A DNA stretch of 35,687 bases from Verrucomicrobiota bacterium (GTDB lineage Bacteria; Verrucomicrobiota; Verrucomicrobiia; Limisphaerales; CANJSG01): the NCBI GenBank assembly GCA_038209745.1, contig JBBQXJ010000048.1, forward strand, positions 1 through 35,687, given 5' to 3'. Position 1 is the stretch's first letter; every line of letters starts with the position of its first letter. The notes below the pieces were generated by a model that saw nothing but the letters and a program-made list of their open reading frames with translations, was not told the origin of the DNA and did no database searches. Shown piece by piece: positions 1 to 8,501 of this stretch. The position numbers were made by a program, and so were the translations under genes.

Positions 1-78
1 CGGTTCGCCGAAACCTTCAGCCCTGCGGCCCCCGCCCGGCCTCGAAGACCCTGCCGCCTCCGCCCGGCAGCCTCCTTT

Positions 79-357
79 TTGACCCGCCGTCTTCCAGAAA
101 ACCACGACTCCCTCCAACCAAGCCTTTATTCAGCGCTTCCCGAGGCGAAAACCAACCTTTCCAGCCTGCTGGCCCGGGTGGAAAAGGACGGCGAACGCGT
201 GCTCATCTGCCGCAACGGCAAACCCGTGGCGGATCTCACCCCGCACAAGCCCGTTCGCCGCAATGTCTTCAAGCTGCATCCCATCCTGAGCAAGATCGTC
301 ATCAACTATGATCCTACCGAACCGCTCACGCCTGAAGAATGGCCGCAGGAGGACTGA
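79..357 (+). CDS. Type II antitoxin, Phd/YefM family; 5' end uncertain or corrupted
   Basis: EAKTNLSSLLARVEKDGERVLICRNGKPVADL matches the Phd/YefM pattern. Its TGA overlaps the ATG of the PIN gene at 357. There is no ATG where the native start is expected (about 120-135). Confidence 0.8.
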   Translation: MTRRLPENHDSLQPSLYSALPEAKTNLSSLLARVEKDGERVLICRNGKPVADLTPHKPVRRNVFKLHPILSKIVINYDPTEPLTPEEWPQED

Positions 358-734
358 TGCTGCTCGATACCTGCGCCCTCCTCTGGCTGGCCGAAGGCAA
401 CCCCCGCTTGACCCGGAGGACGCTCAAACAGATTACCGAAGCCCCCGAGTTGTTTCTCTCCGCCGTGACCGGATTCGAAGTCGCCCTTAAAGCCCATTCC
501 GGCCAGTTGCGGCTTCCGGGGCCTCCACAGGAATGGATGGAAGGAATCGTGGCGCATTTCGGTTTGGCCGTGCTCCCAATGGATCTTTCCGTCGCCATCC
601 GCGCCGTTGGCCTCCCCACGATCCACACCGATCCCTGCGACCGCTTCATCATCGCCACCGCGCTGCTCCATGACCTGGTCGTGGTCACCGCCGATGAACG
701 CTTCCCCGCTTACGGCATCAAAACCATCCTCTGA
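357..734 (+). CDS. vapC: PIN-domain toxin, VapC family
   Basis: N-terminal MLLDTCALLW, then SAVTGFE, HTDPCDRFIIATA and VVTADERF acidic PIN motifs. Coupled to the antitoxin by TGATG. Confidence 0.92.
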   Translation: MLLDTCALLWLAEGNPRLTRRTLKQITEAPELFLSAVTGFEVALKAHSGQLRLPGPPQEWMEGIVAHFGLAVLPMDLSVAIRAVGLPTIHTDPCDRFIIATALLHDLVVVTADERFPAYGIKTIL

Positions 735-737
735 CCC

Positions 738-1607
738 GTGACCCAGAAACTCAAAGGACTCAACGCCCTCATCACCGGTGGCAGCCAGGGCCTCGGCCGC
801 CGCATCGCCGAGCACTACCTCCGCGAAGGCGCCAACCTCGTTCTTTGCGCCCGCGATGAAGCGGTGTTGGCCGCGACCGTCGCCGAGCTCTCGCAGCAGG
901 CGGCGTCGGGACAGAAGGTGCTAGGCCGGCGCTGCGATGTTTCCTCCGAGCCGGACGTCAACGACCTCGTCGCTTTCGCGCTCCGCGAGCTGGGTTCGCT
1001 CGACGTTTTGGTGAACAACGCCGGCATCTATGGACCGATGGGTCCGACCGAGTCCGTCGATTGGAAGGAGTGGACCCGCGCCATCGAGATCAATCTCTAC
1101 GGCGTGTTGCTCCCGGCGCGCGCGGTCATCCCGCACTTCAAGGCGACCGGACGCGGCAAGATGGTCATCCTCTCCGGCGGCGGCGCGACCAATCCCATCC
1201 CGAACATCAGCGCCTACGCCGCGTCCAAAGCCGCCGTCGTGCGCCTGATGGAAACCTTGGCCGAAGAACTGAAGCCGCATCATGTCGATGTGAACGCCAT
1301 CGCGCCCGGCGCGCTGAAGACGCGTTTCGTCGAGCAGGTCTTGAAAGCCGGTCCGGACAAGGTCGGAGAAGCCTTCTACGCCAAGAACAAGAAGTGGGCC
1401 GACGAAGGCGCCGTCTCGCTCGATCTCGGCGCGGGGCTCGCCGTCTATCTGGCCAGCGCGGAAAGCGACGGCATCACCGGCCGTTTGATCAGCGCGCAGT
1501 GGGATCCGTGGAAGACGATGCACGAGCACAAGTCCAAGCTGGCGTCGTCCGACATCTACTGCCTTCGCCGCATCGTGCCCGAAGATCGCGGGGAGAAATG
1601 GAGCTGA
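738..1607 (+). CDS. SDR family NAD(P)-dependent oxidoreductase
   Basis: TGGSQGLG Rossmann motif, NNAG and the catalytic YAASK motif. GTG start 3 nt after the vapC stop. Confidence 0.93.
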   Translation: MTQKLKGLNALITGGSQGLGRRIAEHYLREGANLVLCARDEAVLAATVAELSQQAASGQKVLGRRCDVSSEPDVNDLVAFALRELGSLDVLVNNAGIYGPMGPTESVDWKEWTRAIEINLYGVLLPARAVIPHFKATGRGKMVILSGGGATNPIPNISAYAASKAAVVRLMETLAEELKPHHVDVNAIAPGALKTRFVEQVLKAGPDKVGEAFYAKNKKWADEGAVSLDLGAGLAVYLASAESDGITGRLISAQWDPWKTMHEHKSKLASSDIYCLRRIVPEDRGEKWS

Positions 1608-1651
1608 CCAAATGAAGCCCTCTTCTTCCGTCGCGGCCGAAGCGACGCCTA

Positions 1652-1679
1652 GTGGCACAGGCGAGGGCGCCTGTGCCAC
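1652..1679. repeat. REP-like palindrome (GTGG type)
   Basis: GTGGCACAGGCG-AGGG-CGCCTGTGCCAC, with perfect 12-bp arms, in an intergenic position. Confidence 0.7.
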
Positions 1680-1712
1680 CAGCACGATTCACGGATTGTC
1701 CCTTTGATTACC

Positions 1713-2699
1713 ATGCCCCCACATCGCGTCGCCCTCATCGGCTGCGGCCTCGTCGGCCGCAAGCGCCTCAATCTTCTCCCTCGCGGCAGCGTGATGGTCG
1801 CGTGCGATCTGAACCTCGCCCGCGCCCAGGAACTGGCCACGCTCAGTCCCGGCTGCCGCGCTACTGATTCCGTCGAGCAAGCCGTCACGGCGGCGGATGT
1901 GGACGTGGTCCTGATCGCCACGCTCAACGCCGCCTTGGCGCCCATCGCGCTCCAGGCGGTGCGCGCGGGCAAACACGTGTTGCTGGAAAAGCCCGGCGCC
2001 ATTTCCGTGGCCGAGATCGACGCGCTCCTAGCGGCGGCCAAGGAAACGGGGGTGCAGGTCCGCATCGGCTACAACCACCGATACCACCCCGCGTGCTTGA
2101 AAGCGTTGGAGATCTTCCGCAGCGGCGCATTGGGTCCGATCATGTTCCTGCGCGGGCGCTACGGGCAGGGCGGACGCATCGGCTACGACAAGGAATGGCG
2201 CGCGGATCCCAAGCTGGCCGGTGGCGGCGAACTCATCGATCAAGGAGTCCATTTGATCGACTTGGCCGGCATCTTCCTCGGCGACTTCGCCACGGTGGAA
2301 GGCCACACGGCGACCTACTTCTGGGACATGCCGGTCGATGACAACGCGTTCCTCAGCCTGCGCAACGCCGAGGGCAAGACCGCCTGGCTGCACGTGAGCT
2401 GCACGGAGTGGAAGAACCTCTTCAGCCTCGAGATCTACGGTCGCGACGCGAAGCTCCACTGGGAGGGACTCGGCGGCAGCTACGGCGTCGAGCGACTCAC
2501 CCACTACAAGATGCTTCCGCAGATGGGCCCGCCAGAAACGACCGTCTTCGAATACCCGCGCGGCGACGAGTCGTGGCGATTGGAGATGGACGCGTTCTTC
2601 GAGGACATCCGGCTGGGGCGCACTCCGGAGCCGGGATTGAAGGAGGCCCGCGCGGTGCTGGCCGTGGTGGAGAAGATCTACGCGGGACCAAGGCGATAA
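1713..2699 (+). CDS. Gfo/Idh/MocA family oxidoreductase
   Basis: IGCGLVG, GKHVLLEKP, GYNHRYHP and GGGELIDQGVHLID motifs. ATG at 1713; the TTG at 1704 is an alternative. Confidence 0.93.
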   Translation: MPPHRVALIGCGLVGRKRLNLLPRGSVMVACDLNLARAQELATLSPGCRATDSVEQAVTAADVDVVLIATLNAALAPIALQAVRAGKHVLLEKPGAISVAEIDALLAAAKETGVQVRIGYNHRYHPACLKALEIFRSGALGPIMFLRGRYGQGGRIGYDKEWRADPKLAGGGELIDQGVHLIDLAGIFLGDFATVEGHTATYFWDMPVDDNAFLSLRNAEGKTAWLHVSCTEWKNLFSLEIYGRDAKLHWEGLGGSYGVERLTHYKMLPQMGPPETTVFEYPRGDESWRLEMDAFFEDIRLGRTPEPGLKEARAVLAVVEKIYAGPRR

Positions 2700-2810
2700 C
2701 CGGACGGGAACAGGCAGAAGGAGCGCGAAGGTGCAGGGCGGCTCCAAGCGGATGAAGCGGCTGGATCGAGGCCAAACCAACGCGGAGCCGCATGAAGACA
2801 AGCAGCGCCT

Positions 2811-4769
2811 TCATGGATTGGAGCCTGGTGGCTCGCCAAGGCTCTTCGCGGGACGGATGGTCGGAAGCTCGGTCGTCGCTCTTTTTTTCGTCGGAGCGAC
2901 CACGTCTTCCGGCGGGATCCAACCGTGGGCGGCGAGCGAGGCGAGGGCGGCTTCGCGTTCGGGTTTGTGGAGGAGCACCCCGGCGATGTCGCCGTTCTTC
3001 GGGGCCCATTTCTGCGACATGGGCTGCACCTTGGTCCCCCGCTTCACGGTCATCATGATGTGCATCTCCTTGCTGCGGGACGACGTGGTGTCCTCGGTGG
3101 CGGCGGGCGGGGGCGGTCGATTGTCCGGCGCCTGATAGACGAGGTAGACCAGGTCGGCGGCGTTCTGGCGGACGCGCACGTCCCAGCGTTCGAGGTCATG
3201 GCCCACTTCGAACAGCGGCTCGGGAGGATGATGGTGGCCCACGGGGCGGACCTGCTCCGCGCGGCCGGGAGTAATGGCGATGAAGGCACGGGGCACGCGG
3301 AAGCTTTCGCGCGCCACCCGGGTGAACCGGCGGTTCAGATGCTCGTTGCTGGTTATGCCGATGGCCGAGTCGACCAGCTCGAACTGGGCGCGCATCATGG
3401 TGCGGTCCTGGAGAGCGTCGCCGAAAACGACCTGAAGGCCTTCGGCTTCGCAGAGGCTGCAGCGAAGCGGGTCCGAATCCAGCAGGACGACCGACACGTT
3501 CTGGTCGCGCAGCATCGCCGCCAGCCGGCGACCGAGCGCCTCGGCCCCGAGAAGGGCCACGCGATTGCGCTCCGGCAACCGCAGGCGAAGGAGCGAGGCG
3601 ACGGGCCGGGCCGTCAAGCCGGCCAGCACCACCGTGCTGGTGATGGTGAGGAAAACGAGGGCCCGGAGCATGTCGCCGCCGGGGAGATTGTGCTCGGCCA
3701 TCGCCTGGACGGTCAGCGAGGCGATGGCGGCGGCGATGATTCCGCGGGGAGCAACCCAGGCCAGGAAAAAGCGGTCGCGCATCGGGAGATCCGATCCCGC
3801 GGTGGAGAGGAGGACGCCCAATGGGCGCACGACCAGCACGAGAGTGGCGACCACGCCGGCGCCGGCCCAGCCCAGCGCCTTCACCTGGTCCATCCGCACG
3901 TTCGCCGCCAAAAGGACGAAAAGCATCGCGACCATCAGCAGGGTCAGCTGGTCCTTGAATTCGCGGAGCTCCCGATCGCCCGTGATGGGTCGGTTGCCGA
4001 CGACCATGCCGGCGATGGTCACCGCCAGGATGCCGCTCTGGGGGGCGACGAGATCGCACCCCGGCACCATCAACACGATCGCGCCGAGGGTGAGAATGCT
4101 TTCATAGCCGGCCGGGACGATCCACTTCCAGCGGAGCAGATGGCTCAAGGCGAAACCGCAGACCAGTCCGGCGGCCAGGCCGAAGCCCACGCTGCCGACG
4201 CCGCCGACAAGGCTCTTCAGCATCGTTCCCGAGGACGGAGCCGTCACAAGCTGCAGCACCACGACGGCGAGCACAGCGCCGACGGGATCGATCAACACTC
4301 CCTCGGCTTCGAGGATCGTCTTGAGCCGGGGGTGCAGCCGCATGTCGCGCAAGAGCGGACCCACCACCGTTGGCCCGGTCACGACGACGAGACTCCCGAA
4401 GAGAAACGCCGTCTTCCATTCGATCCCGAGCCAGAAGCGGGCGGCGACGGAAGCCCCGGCCAGAGTGACCATGGCGCCCAGCGTGATCAGTTTCCGGATG
4501 GGTCCCTCTTGTTTGCGGATCTGGCGCAGCTGGAGGTTGAGGCCGCCCTCGAAGAGGATGATCGCGATGCCGAAATCGACGAGACCGTAGAGACCGGTGC
4601 CGAGCGATTGCGGTTGGACCCAGTTGAGGAAGTCGGGTCCCAGCAGAACACCGATCGCGAGCAGGCCAACGATCGCCGGAAGTCGCAGCGATCTGGAAAT
4701 ACATTGGACCAGCACACCCGCGGCGAGCGCCACGGCGACGGACAGATTGGCGTGGTGGGAGGCGTCCAT
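2811..4769 (-). CDS. Cation:proton antiporter (CPA1/NhaP-like) with C-terminal TrkA-N/RCK domain
   Basis: Many hydrophobic helices with ILFEGGL, VTGPTV, EGVLIDPVG and APRGIIAAA. C-terminal VVLLDSD...VVFGDA resembles an RCK domain. Confidence 0.92.
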   Translation of the reverse strand: MDASHHANLSVAVALAAGVLVQCISRSLRLPAIVGLLAIGVLLGPDFLNWVQPQSLGTGLYGLVDFGIAIILFEGGLNLQLRQIRKQEGPIRKLITLGAMVTLAGASVAARFWLGIEWKTAFLFGSLVVVTGPTVVGPLLRDMRLHPRLKTILEAEGVLIDPVGAVLAVVVLQLVTAPSSGTMLKSLVGGVGSVGFGLAAGLVCGFALSHLLRWKWIVPAGYESILTLGAIVLMVPGCDLVAPQSGILAVTIAGMVVGNRPITGDRELREFKDQLTLLMVAMLFVLLAANVRMDQVKALGWAGAGVVATLVLVVRPLGVLLSTAGSDLPMRDRFFLAWVAPRGIIAAAIASLTVQAMAEHNLPGGDMLRALVFLTITSTVVLAGLTARPVASLLRLRLPERNRVALLGAEALGRRLAAMLRDQNVSVVLLDSDPLRCSLCEAEGLQVVFGDALQDRTMMRAQFELVDSAIGITSNEHLNRRFTRVARESFRVPRAFIAITPGRAEQVRPVGHHHPPEPLFEVGHDLERWDVRVRQNAADLVYLVYQAPDNRPPPPAATEDTTSSRSKEMHIMMTVKRGTKVQPMSQKWAPKNGDIAGVLLHKPEREAALASLAAHGWIPPEDVVAPTKKRATTELPTIRPAKSLGEPPGSNP

Positions 4770-4967
4770 TATTTTTGGCTTCGGCTCGACGGCGGCCGTG
4801 GAAGAAAATGTGCAGGCCGGGCCGCTGGAACCGCAAGCCCCGTGTGGCGCGCCGCGAAGCCCGAAGGAAAGGCCCAGGCTCGGTGCGGACTTTGGCCTCC
4901 GGACTTCGGGCTTGCCGCCCGGTTTCCCCTTTTCTCCCCGGTCATTTCCGCGTCTCCTAGCCCTCCC

Positions 4968-5951
4968 ATGATCATCACGCGCTCACCTCTGCGCATCAGC
5001 CTCGGCGGCGGCGGCACGGATCTTCCCTCCTACTACGAACGCCACGGCGGTTTCCTCGTGGCGGCGGCGATCAACAAATACATCTACACGACGCTCCACC
5101 AGACCTTCGTCTCGGACCTGATCGTGAAGTATTCCAAGCTGGAACGCGTCGCGTCCGCGTCCGAGATCGAGCACCCGATCATCCGTGAAGCCTTCGATCT
5201 GGTGGGCGTGGACGGGTCGTATCTGGAGATGACCTCGATGGCGGACATTCCCGCCGGGACCGGGCTCGGTTCCTCCGGCAGCTTCACCACCTCGCTGCTC
5301 AAGGCGCTGCATACCTACAAGAAGAACCTCGTCCATCCCTCCGAGCTCGCCGCGCAGGCCTGCTACATCGAGCTGAACCGGCTGCGCGAACCCATCGGCA
5401 AGCAGGACCAATACATCGCGGCCTACGGCGGACTCACCTGCTTCGAGTTCCAGAAGGACGGCAACGTGAAGGCGTGGCCGCTCAAGCTCTCGGAAGAGAC
5501 GGCCTACAATCTGGAGGACAACCTCCTGCTCTTCTTCACCGGCTACAGCCGCTCCGCCTCGTCCATTCTCAAGGAGCAGCACGACAAGTCGAAGCAGGAC
5601 GACCTGGCGATGACCGAGAACCTGGACTTCATCAAGGACCTCGGCCGACAGAGCGCCGCCGCGATGGAAAAGGGCAACCTGCACGAGTTCGCCCGGCTGA
5701 TGGACGTGCATTGGCGCCGGAAGAAGGAGCGCAGCGGCAACATGAGCAACGGCCAGATCGACGAATGGTATGACGCGGCCATGGCGAACGGCGCCCTCGG
5801 CGGCAAGATCATCGGGGCTGGCGGCGGCGGCTTCCTCATGTTCTACGCGGACGAAGGCAAGGCGAAGCTGCGCCACGTCATGCGCGAGGCGGGGCTGAAG
5901 GAAGTTCGGTTCCGCTTCGACTTCCAGGGGACGGCGGTACTGGAGGGGTAA
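4968..5951 (+). CDS. GHMP kinase, D-glycero-alpha-D-manno-heptose-7-phosphate kinase (HddA)-like
   Basis: MIITRSPLRISLGGGGTD, PAGTGLGSSG, GKQDQY and GAGGGG motifs. The real start is the ATG at 4968, inside the 1008-aa track ORF. Confidence 0.9.
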   Translation: MIITRSPLRISLGGGGTDLPSYYERHGGFLVAAAINKYIYTTLHQTFVSDLIVKYSKLERVASASEIEHPIIREAFDLVGVDGSYLEMTSMADIPAGTGLGSSGSFTTSLLKALHTYKKNLVHPSELAAQACYIELNRLREPIGKQDQYIAAYGGLTCFEFQKDGNVKAWPLKLSEETAYNLEDNLLLFFTGYSRSASSILKEQHDKSKQDDLAMTENLDFIKDLGRQSAAAMEKGNLHEFARLMDVHWRRKKERSGNMSNGQIDEWYDAAMANGALGGKIIGAGGGGFLMFYADEGKAKLRHVMREAGLKEVRFRFDFQGTAVLEG

Positions 5952-5957
5952 CTGCAC

Positions 5958-6311
5958 ACGGGGAATATCGTTCTAAATTTTTTAGAGCTCAGATCAGTGA
6001 AAATCGAGAAAACGGCCGAATTGTACTCGTAAATCGGGCTAGAGTTTAAGCTGCACAAACACGGGTCTGGGCCTGACCATTATTTTGCGGAGTTGCCGGG
6101 AGGCGTGTTCGGACTTTACCCGCAAACCGACGGCGACCCTTCAACACTTGGCACTCGAATTGGGTTCACGGTTGCTTCGGTCGATTCGACAATCACCGCC
6201 CTAAACGAGTATCAAAGTGGCGTCGTTTCTGCGCCCAGGGACTTAGAGTGGGGACGGCGGGCTGAGGTCAAAGATCCGGTTGGACATCGCGGCGAGCTTG
6301 TCCAGTCGTGA
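5958..6311 (+). pseudogene. VOC/glyoxalase/bleomycin-resistance family pseudogene, lower GC than flanks
   Basis: One frame reads NIVLNFLELRSVKIEKTAELYS*IGLEFKLHKHGSGPDHY...RIGFTVASVD...EWGRRAEVKDPVGHRGEL. In-frame TAA at 6030-6032, and ACG at 5958 where an ATG is expected. Confidence 0.8.
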
Positions 6312-6406
6312 TGCTCGGTCGGGAGATGGGGTCCGGCTGAAATCTCACAAGTCCTCGCTGATTGTTGGGCCCTTAGTTTGGTGCCCTATGCCCGAAAATC
6401 CGGCGC

Positions 6407-7213
6407 TTACTCCATCCGGAACTCCGCCATCACGGGACGGTGATCCGACGCTTCCGTGACGGGCACCCAGCTCTTCAGCGGCTTGATCGGTCCGTCCTTC
6501 GTGACCCAGAGGTAGTCGATGCGTTTGGTGGGTTTGTTCGCCGGGATGGTCAGGCCCTCGCCTTCGCCGACTTTGGCCCAGGTGTCGTCGAACGTGTTGG
6601 TTAGGCGTTGGATGATGCGGCTGGTGGGCACGGAGTTGAAATCACCGCAGAGGAGGACGGGCGTTCCCGCATACTGGGCGGCGAGGCCTTCGATCTCGTC
6701 GAGGTTGGCCCAGCGTTCCTTGTCGTCGCGCCGGTAGTCGATGTGGGTGTTCATGAAGACGACTTCGCGGCCGCCGACATCGAGGATCGCCTGGAGGATG
6801 CCGCGCTGCTCGTTGGGGATGAGCATGCGATAGTGGGTGTTGGTCCAGCGGCGGACGGGGAATCGGCTGAGGATGGCGTTGCCGTATTCGCCGCCCTGAA
6901 AGTGGTAGTTGTTGGCGAAAACGGCGGTCATGCCGGTGAGCGCGGCGAGCTCCGCCGGCAGGTCGCGCTTCGCGGTGCGGGCGACGCCGCGATCCACTTC
7001 CTGGAGGGCGACGATGTCGGCCTTTTCGTCGCGGATGAGTTCGGCGATGCGCAGCAGGTCCACCTTTCCATCCAGGCCTTCGCCGTGGTGGATGTTGTAG
7101 GTCATCACGCGAAGGGTCATCGGGGTCTTGGTGGGGTGGTGAAATCCGGCGCATCCGGCCAACAAAAGGACCATGGCTGCGAAGGCCGTGGCGTGCTGGA
7201 AAAGAGTAGGCAT
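6407..7213 (-). CDS. Endonuclease/exonuclease/phosphatase (EEP) family protein, probable lipoprotein
   Basis: MTYNIHHG, ALQEVD, GNAILSR, CGDFN, RIDY and SDH motifs. Lipobox-like LLLAGC. Start approximate. Confidence 0.9.
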   Translation of the reverse strand: MPTLFQHATAFAAMVLLLAGCAGFHHPTKTPMTLRVMTYNIHHGEGLDGKVDLLRIAELIRDEKADIVALQEVDRGVARTAKRDLPAELAALTGMTAVFANNYHFQGGEYGNAILSRFPVRRWTNTHYRMLIPNEQRGILQAILDVGGREVVFMNTHIDYRRDDKERWANLDEIEGLAAQYAGTPVLLCGDFNSVPTSRIIQRLTNTFDDTWAKVGEGEGLTIPANKPTKRIDYLWVTKDGPIKPLKSWVPVTEASDHRPVMAEFRME

Positions 7214-7245
7214 TCGATAGAGAGACTCGGTGATGGAGACCGCAT

Positions 7246-8166
7246 TCACGGGCCGGCGGGTTTGAGGAAGAATCCCCGCTGCTTTTCGCTGACGGGCATC
7301 CGGAGGCGCTCCATCACCTTGAGCATGTCTTCCCAAAGCTTGCGCTTCTCCTCCATGGACTGGTTGCGGAGGAGGAAGGCCGGATGGTAGGTGGGCATGA
7401 CGGGGATGCCGCGAAAGGTCTGCCAGTTGCCCCGCAGCCGCATGATCCCGGTGAAGTTGCCCAGAAGCCCTTCCACGGCGGTGCCGCCGAGCGCGACGAT
7501 GGCCTTGGGCTGGATGAGATCGATCTGCGAGAGGACGTAGGGCGAGCAGGTCTTCATCTCGGCCAAGGTCGGCTTGCGGTTGCCAGCGGTCTCCCCTGGG
7601 GTGTCGGGGCGGCACTTGAGGATGTTCGCGATGTAGACGTGGTCGCGGCCGAGGCCCATGGCCTGGATGATCTTCGTGAGGAGCTGGCCGGCCTTGCCGA
7701 CGAACGGCTCGCCGGCGGCGTCTTCATCGGCTCCGGGGGCTTCGCCGACGAACATCAGCTGGGCGTCGATGTCGCCAACGCCGAAGACCACCTGGGTGCG
7801 GGCGGCGGCCAGATTGGGACACTTCTGGCACACGAGGGCCCGCTCGCGGACCTGGGCCATGGCGGCGGCTTTTTCCGCGGGGGAGGTGACGGGAGCCGCG
7901 GCCAGCGGGGCGACCGGTTCAATCCCCCGTTCGGCAGGTCGGCTGGGGCGTGGATGCGAAGAGGGAGGCGCGATGGGCTGGAGCCGAGCCGGAGCCATGG
8001 GGCGAACCGGAGCCGGGGAGGCGATCGCGGGCGCACTGGGCCGAGGCCGCGAAGCCAAGGCCGCCAGGGTCTGAGGAGCGACGCGGAGATGGCTGACGCC
8101 GGAGTCTCGCAGCGACTCCAAGTGGTGGATCGTTCCGTCCAGCAGTCGCAGATAGGCGTCTTGCAC
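7246..8166 (-). CDS. Uracil-DNA glycosylase, family 4, with Pro/Ala-rich N-terminal extension
   Basis: CQKC, VGEAPGADED, PFVGKAG, NILKCRP and TYHPA motifs. The Fe-S cysteines are present. Confidence 0.95.
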   Translation of the reverse strand: MQDAYLRLLDGTIHHLESLRDSGVSHLRVAPQTLAALASRPRPSAPAIASPAPVRPMAPARLQPIAPPSSHPRPSRPAERGIEPVAPLAAAPVTSPAEKAAAMAQVRERALVCQKCPNLAAARTQVVFGVGDIDAQLMFVGEAPGADEDAAGEPFVGKAGQLLTKIIQAMGLGRDHVYIANILKCRPDTPGETAGNRKPTLAEMKTCSPYVLSQIDLIQPKAIVALGGTAVEGLLGNFTGIMRLRGNWQTFRGIPVMPTYHPAFLLRNQSMEEKRKLWEDMLKVMERLRMPVSEKQRGFFLKPAGP

Positions 8167-8270
8167 GTGCCCAGCTTAACAATCCATTCCGGGACTGGGA
8201 ATGGGCCGGGCGTGAATTCTTGCGCGGTGTCGCGGTTTGGACGGAGTGGTCCCTACCCCGCCTGGAACGG

Positions 8271-8471
8271 CAGTGTTTTGCCCAGACTGACAAAAGCTGA
8301 GCCCAAAATGACACTGAAACGTCGATTGAGGGTGGTGGCACGGAGGGTGCATCCTTGGGCTCAGACGGTCGGAAACGATCGTCTTTCCAACTGAAAACTG
8401 GGAGCCGGGCGGCGTAAAAACCAAGAATAACGCCTTCCAAAAAAGCAGTCAGCGATTGACCGCCCGGCTCC
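8271..8471 (+). ncRNA. Candidate structured non-coding RNA, family not recognised
   Basis: Stems at 8297-8306/8355-8364, 8364-8371/8376-8383 (GAAA loop, one G-U pair) and 8401-8412/8460-8471, in a 335-bp gap without a credible ORF. Confidence 0.35.
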
Positions 8472-8501
8472 TCCGTCCTCTCGCCCGGCGCTTATTTTCC
8501 G

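Noticed and set aside
2925..4967. 1008-aa ORF suggesting a large N-terminal fusion to the GHMP kinase
   Set aside because: The upstream part is the stop-free antisense shadow of the antiporter gene in high-GC DNA. Kinase homology starts at the ATG at 4968.
6407..8166. UDG plus EEP as a base-excision repair pair (glycosylase plus AP endonuclease)
   Set aside because: The EEP protein has a signal peptide and lipobox and resembles exported metal-dependent hydrolases rather than ExoIII.
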